From NCBI GenBank assembly GCA_048128005.1, contig JBEUKZ010000083.1, positions 1-64,000 of the forward strand: 64,000 nucleotides of DNA, in the 5' to 3' direction. Under the pieces are notes generated by a model. It was not told the DNA's origin. It was given only the letters and a program-made list of their open reading frames with translations, and searched no databases. Within the stretch, counting starts at the first letter, position 1. Each line of letters begins with the position of its first letter. The position numbers and the translations under genes are program-made. Below are positions 58,211-64,000 of the stretch, in pieces. Source of the stretch: Veleropilina oligotropha. Lineage: Eukaryota.

Positions 58211-60606
58211 ATATAGTACGTGTCATTGCATACCTGTGGAGTATTGATTTGGTAAATACATTCCTGTGTAGTAGGATATGACTTATAGGTTTAGTTGGAT
58301 CATGTTATATTCTAGTTTTTAACATTTTAAAAATTAGTTATGAGTGCTTCCGGTCAGAAGAATAAAAAAAGCTTAGCGGAGTAAAGCTGACATTCCATAT
58401 ACGCGGCAATGCGGCAACGGAAAGCGGCAAAGATCGAAATGGTCATTTAATGAAGGAGAGATTCCATGTGAGGTCAGAACCAGCGTCTACTAACTCATTA
58501 AAGTACAATTAAGAGATAACGGCTCCTAAAGTTTAGGACATATTCTAAATCAACACATGAGCATTAATGTCATTGGAATGGTTTATTTATTGCATAAGAT
58601 GTATACTTTTATGATAAACTGAAAAGCATATGGATTACACTGATATTTTTACTAAAATTACTACCGGAATAACACCATTTCAGAGATAGTAGACTATTGC
58701 GCTGACTATATAACATAAGAATTGTTGTGTACCGTTATATAAATGCACAACAGTAAGAATAATGCATTGTTTTTACATAACACTTACCATTAAATTTTAT
58801 AAACGAATGTAATGGCAAAACAGTTGAGTAGACTATAATATTACATATCTAATCTTCATTGAGTGCAATGATAACAGTATCATCAGTAAAATAAAGCCAT
58901 CATATTTACTGCCAGATTTTACTATCTCCATATGAAAACCATATTAAATTCTGAGATAGTAGGCTCTGGCACTGAGCACATGGCTACTTTACAGCAAGGC
59001 AGATATTGAATATAAGCAATTTCATTGGTTAATAGTGGAATATATTGACTTAGTAGAGTATGGAGCAAACAAATCTGACCAAGTAGTATGTACAATAGTA
59101 AAATCTACAAAATTTACAAATCCTGAGTTAGTTGGCTCTGGTTCTGACCTCCTCATGTATGCGTCAACGGCAAGCGGCAATGGCATGCGACAAAACGATG
59201 CCGTTACCGCAGGGTTACCGGACGGGGAATTCCACATTATGACGTAATTTTAAGGGCCTCCCCAGTCTTTCGGTGCCAAATTAAAGCAACAACAGAACCT
59301 GATAACAGGTTTATTCTCACTTTTCCCCCTTTCAATTTGTCCGATTGCAGTGAGTACGTAATCAAGATACTTTTGTCTGTTGAACAGTATTCACTTTGCT
59401 ATAAGAAAAATGATGAAATTTGCGAATTGCATCTGGGACTCCTAATAGTAGTCACAGATTACATGCATTTGGAAGTTGATATTTTTTATATGAAAACATT
59501 ATCCGGAACATTTACAAGTTTTCACGGTGTTAAGCAAGAGAAATGTAAGCATTTATGTCACCATATTTACTTTTTCATCGATGATTTTATATGAAATTAC
59601 TAATTAGCGATGTTTTTCTTTGTATTTTAATAATTTTTAAATTGTTGGAATGACTTCTGCATTGCCCTCTGTCGATTGGCAGTCTGTCTGGTCGAATGCA
59701 GTTCGGTTTGTCTTATATATACATTTTTCTCGTTTTCTAGTATATTGCAGTATCACTAATATATCATAATTCCTTTATTGTATGGCTATTGCAAGGTCAT
59801 CTTGATACGCTCAGTTTGTGATATATAACATTAATACAAATAACCCCCTCTTACTGTATGTCTCAGGTCGCATCGTTAGAATGGTGGATAAAAGAGCGGG
59901 TTCTCAGTTTTTATTCGCTTGACTGCTCTGTCAAACAGGAGTGTGTTCGATCCCCTGCAGGGCAATCTTTTTCATTTAACAGTCATGGCGATAATTTAAA
60001 CATGTCTTGGCATGAACCTGACAGTTGATAAAAACATGACAATTAATGAAACCAGACATACAACGTCACGGAGCCGCTTCGACAGGACAGTGGTACGGTT
60101 GTGGATTCCGAAAATCACTGACTTGATTCCGCTGACGCGAACAATAGTGGGTTCGATCACACATTTGTCCAAGTTGTCCGTGACTGGTCGAAGAGGGCGG
60201 GTTTATCCTCCCGCGATAATACGGACTTGTCCTAGTACGAACCAAATGATGGTTGGAAATATACATGGTATTAAGTTAAGCATCGATCCTTTCCTTTCCT
60301 TTCTTTACAACTCCATGGCGACCACAGAGTCCCAACAGTAAATTATTTTTGAAAATGTGAGAGAACCGTGACGGGAGATTATGCCAAGTAGAGTATGGTA
60401 CGGAACACCATTAATGCCTTTGCTTTGTCACCCCGAACAGTAGTGGGTTCGAATCTCTGTTCGGGAAATGACATTCTTTGTTCAGTTATGAATCACAGTT
60501 GTCCGTAACTGGTCGTGGAAGGCTTTGAACCTGATTGTGGTAAACATACCGGTCATGAAGCAACGATCCGTTTCATTCTTTTTTAACGATCATTATTCTG
60601 TTGCAG

Positions 60607-60933
60607 CCCTGAGCCTGGGAGATGCTTGCAACTCAACGACCAGATGCGCCGGAGACAATATGGAATGCAGTGCCTTTTATAGCGAATGTCGCTGCATCGC
60701 AGCATTCGAACCCACAAGCAATTCTAGATGCAAGATGATCATAGGTGTCCCCATAGCGCTCCTGGGTGAGGAATGTGATCCTCCATCCACCTCCTGCTTC
60801 AACACACACGAGCAAGCGTGCGAGTTGAGCACATGCCAATGCAGCGGCCCGGGTGCAGTTCCATTTACCCCAGCTGAAATTCAACTTGATCCGTTTAATA
60901 TTCTGGAATGCAAGCCGAAAGGTTTTGATTATG
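60607..60933 (+). CDS. Host gene exon: two Cys-rich repeats
   Basis: TTGCAG| LSLGDACNSTTRCAGDNMECSAFYSECRCIAAF...LLGEECDPPSTSC...PFNILECKPKGFDY |GTATGT. Confidence 0.85.
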
Positions 60934-61766
60934 GTATGTATTCATATAATCTATACTATAATCGTGGAGAGTTTGTCTGTCTGTCTGTGTGTGTATGCGT
61001 CTCCTATAGGCTCCCAAACGGCTGGACCGATCTCCACCAAATTTGGCATGTCAACTAAGGGTACCAAGGCGCTGGTTATGGTGCTTTCAAATTTTTTTGG
61101 GGGGGTCGGGGTGGTTTTTTTGGGGGGGGATTTTCATATTTTCATAGTTAGCACTCAGTGGAGATCTTTCCTGGAATGTTAGAGGCGTTCAAGATAAAAA
61201 ATTAGGTTATTGATGAGGTGGGGAGACTCACCCGTCGAAGACGGGTACCCTGGCTAGTATAACATAAATCAAAGCGATGTAAATGTAGGTCTTTTACAAT
61301 TTGCATTTGAAAAGATATATTGTCGCATTTGTAACTTTGACACTTATTCTTGTATTTATTATGACATTGGATATTGGTTTCGGGGAATTTTTACTCGAAG
61401 ACCAGTTGTGAACATGTATCTAATTTGGAGACCTCAAATATCAAATGAAAACTTGGAGTGATTCACAATTAATCACTTTGAAGTTTCATGGCGTCACGCT
61501 GGCTTATTAAATTAATGTCAATAAGACCCGAATGCACGTGCCGTGCTTTTTGTACATTTTAATGATATTCGGATTTTATTGTGGCTTCTGATATGTACAG
61601 CAATATGTTTTCTTGTGCATGTAAACACTCGCACCAAAACTATGACATGCATGCATTGTGACGCGTGCACATGCATGTAAATTGACATCCACACTTAATT
61701 GTGCAGGCAAATATTATCCACTTTGTGTTTGCGCCAAATACAACTTTATTCTTTGAATAATTTCAG

Positions 61767-61796
61767 ATGTAATTAACGATTCCTGCTACACTGAAG
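61767..61796 (+). CDS. Host gene mini-exon (linker); gene probably continues past the window
   Basis: TTTCAG| VINDSCYTE |GTAAGT; 30 nt, phase 1-1. Confidence 0.6.
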
Positions 61797-61875
61797 GTAA
61801 GTTCTTCTATTTCATTTTATTTATCAAGGAAATAATTTTAAAATGTCCGATGTATGCAGGACGCTATAATATATA

Positions 61876-62716
61876 TAGAGGATCTCATATGAGTGGTAAT
61901 GTAATATCACATTTATGAAACGAGTTTCATAAATGTGATATTACATTACCACGAGTGTGAGGTTCTGTTTATCACATATCGCTCTTCGGTATGAACAAAC
62001 TATAAACTCACGAAATTGCCTCACCGGTACGAAGAATCAGCAGTAGATTGAAGGCGACATTACGGCGTAGTGATATGTAAACAGTTTAATGCAAAAAGGA
62101 CATCGTGTTTACTCATTACATAAATTAGTAAAAATGCGGTCTAAAAAGAGTGCGAAAGTAGTTGATTAATTAAGTTAACTAATAAATATTCTTTGAAAAT
62201 GAACCGATATAACTTTATATAAACTATATGAACATATTAGAATAACAATTTTCATTAGGATTTAAAACTATCTGCAAAAAACAGTAACGCGGGATATATG
62301 TGTCGCTGACCGGTTTGAATCTGTCATTGACGTCTGCTATCGCGGAGAAGCTATGTATACGTATCTCGGGTCTTGCATATATGTGATTGTCGCGCAATCT
62401 CGTTACCTCAAAATCAGTTCCAATAATCTCTAACATGTTGTTGTTTTGTGGCCGTTGCCATAAATGTTTCCACTATCGCCGCCATAATATCAACATTACA
62501 AATATTGGCGGCAATCTCATGATGACATTATAGTAAACAAAACGTAGTAAAAACAAGAAGTGCGCTCGACCTATAGTGACACGCAGTTCTATTGGCTGTT
62601 CTAATTTCATTCATTAATTCATCCAATCGCATTTCAATATGGCTTTCACACACGTGTCTTACGACGAATAATACATGGTGTTGCACTATGGGAACATGAC
62701 CTAGATATGTGATAAA
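61876..62716 (+). mobile_element. ~840-bp non-autonomous dispersed element (copy 2)
   Basis: Highly similar to 49061-49900; palindrome at 61894-61951. Confidence 0.85.
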
Positions 62717-63054
62717 ATATGTTTAGTGGCCTCTAGGATGCACTTCAAGTCGTCATACATTTTGCATTCTTCTGAAAACGTAAACATATAGCGACGGCCC
62801 AATAAACTTACTGTGACGCCACATTAAATGCACGAGGACTAAACATTTTTTAAACTATCTTGTAAATTAATTGGTATTTCCGCACTATTGGTTACAAAAA
62901 TATCCGTATAAATGACGAATACTGCTAGCACGCTTATACGTTTTAGCATGTATTTCTTATGTCGAATTCCAACACTCTTAATTATGGTAGTAATGTTCCA
63001 TATTATGAAACTGTTATTGGTCTCATTTTATGAACATTATCACAACACGGTATA

Positions 63055-63810
63055 TCCCTTTTATTATGCCCCGGCATATAATGCTGGGGGATCTATTCAT
63101 CAGCATGTCCGTTCGTCTGCAATCATTTCGTTTCCGAAGCATATCTCTTAAGCCGCTTGACCTATCTTTACGACATTTGGTGGGTGTATTAAGGACATGG
63201 TGAACTGATGCCTTTTTTGCCAGTTTAGACGTTGAGCGGCGATTATTAGCAGAGTTATTGCCCTTGTTGTAAATTCTAATCGAATTCCTTTCCGGAGCAT
63301 ATCTAATACACCGCTAAACATAAGTTTACGGAACTTGCTGGGTGTATTAAGTAGTCGATGAACTGGTGCCTTTTGCCAGTTTCGACGTTGAGCTGCGATT
63401 ATTAACAGACTTATTGCCCTTGTTGTAAATTCGTTATGTTATCTTTTACAGAGCGTATCTCATAAACCGCACACCATATCATTATGAAATTTGGTGGGTG
63501 TATTCAGTAGATGGTGCCTTTTGCATATTTCGACGCTGTGCGGCGATTATTAACAGTTTATTGCCCTTGCTTTAACTTCGTTAAAAGATGATGGGTGTAT
63601 TTAGTAGTTCGTTAACTGGTACCTTTTCGTAATTTTGACGTTGTACGGTGATTTATAACAGATTTATTGCTCTTGTTATTTATCTATTCTGGAGCATATC
63701 TCTTAAATCGCTTGACTTTTTCTTACGAATCTTAGTGGATGTATTCAGTAGCTGGTGAACTGGTGTCTTTTGCATATACATTTATGCTGGCCCAGATTTA
63801 GATGGGGCAA
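63055..63810. repeat. Element with diverged ~150-bp internal tandem repeats
   Basis: Recurring GAGCATATCTC...GGGTGTATT...GGTGCCTTTT...TTATTGCCCTTG units. Confidence 0.65.
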
Positions 63811-64000
63811 CATCAACATTTGGATGCCGTGGCCACAGTCGTACTTCTCCGATGAAGAAACCATCTAAAGAAAGAAGGCGCCAATACTGGGTCCCTGGAT
63901 CGAGAGGTGATCCTTATACAGTAACTACATCAATCTGATGAGTGCAATGGAATGACAATCACATGGCGATTTCACCACCGACATGCGCATGGAACCGCGC

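Overview
AT-rich, repeat-dense animal (probably invertebrate) genomic DNA. The main feature is a complete, apparently young 16,772-bp endogenous Polinton/Maverick-like DNA virus (18355-35126) with AG...CT ends, 275-bp imperfect terminal inverted repeats (TIRs) and a 5-bp GAAGT target-site duplication. It encodes a DDE (rve) integrase, an A32-like packaging ATPase, probable major and minor jelly-roll capsid proteins and many small membrane proteins. It departs from canonical Mavericks in four ways. (i) Its replicase is one ~1,280-aa chain joining a HeH-like N-terminus, an OTU-like protease signature, a divergent family-B polymerase core, an SF1 helicase and a C-terminal HNH-like domain. (ii) No adenain-type maturation protease is visible. 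(iii) One membrane protein carries adjacent PSAP and LYPxL late-domain motifs. (iv) Its right end holds an AP-1/E-box/TATA promoter, a captured Penelope RT fragment and a complete type III hammerhead ribozyme fold. The virus sits in an intron of a + strand host gene for a signal-peptide, Cys-rich (EGF/EB-like) repeat protein with a long (PTEP)n mucin-like exon; 11 coding exons can be read, all joined by phase-1 introns. The rest is a ~1.7-kb tandem array, a decayed Academ-like transposon, CR1/L2- and RTE-type LINE remnants, SINEs, MITEs and microsatellites. All family assignments are from motif recognition by eye; no database searches were run.
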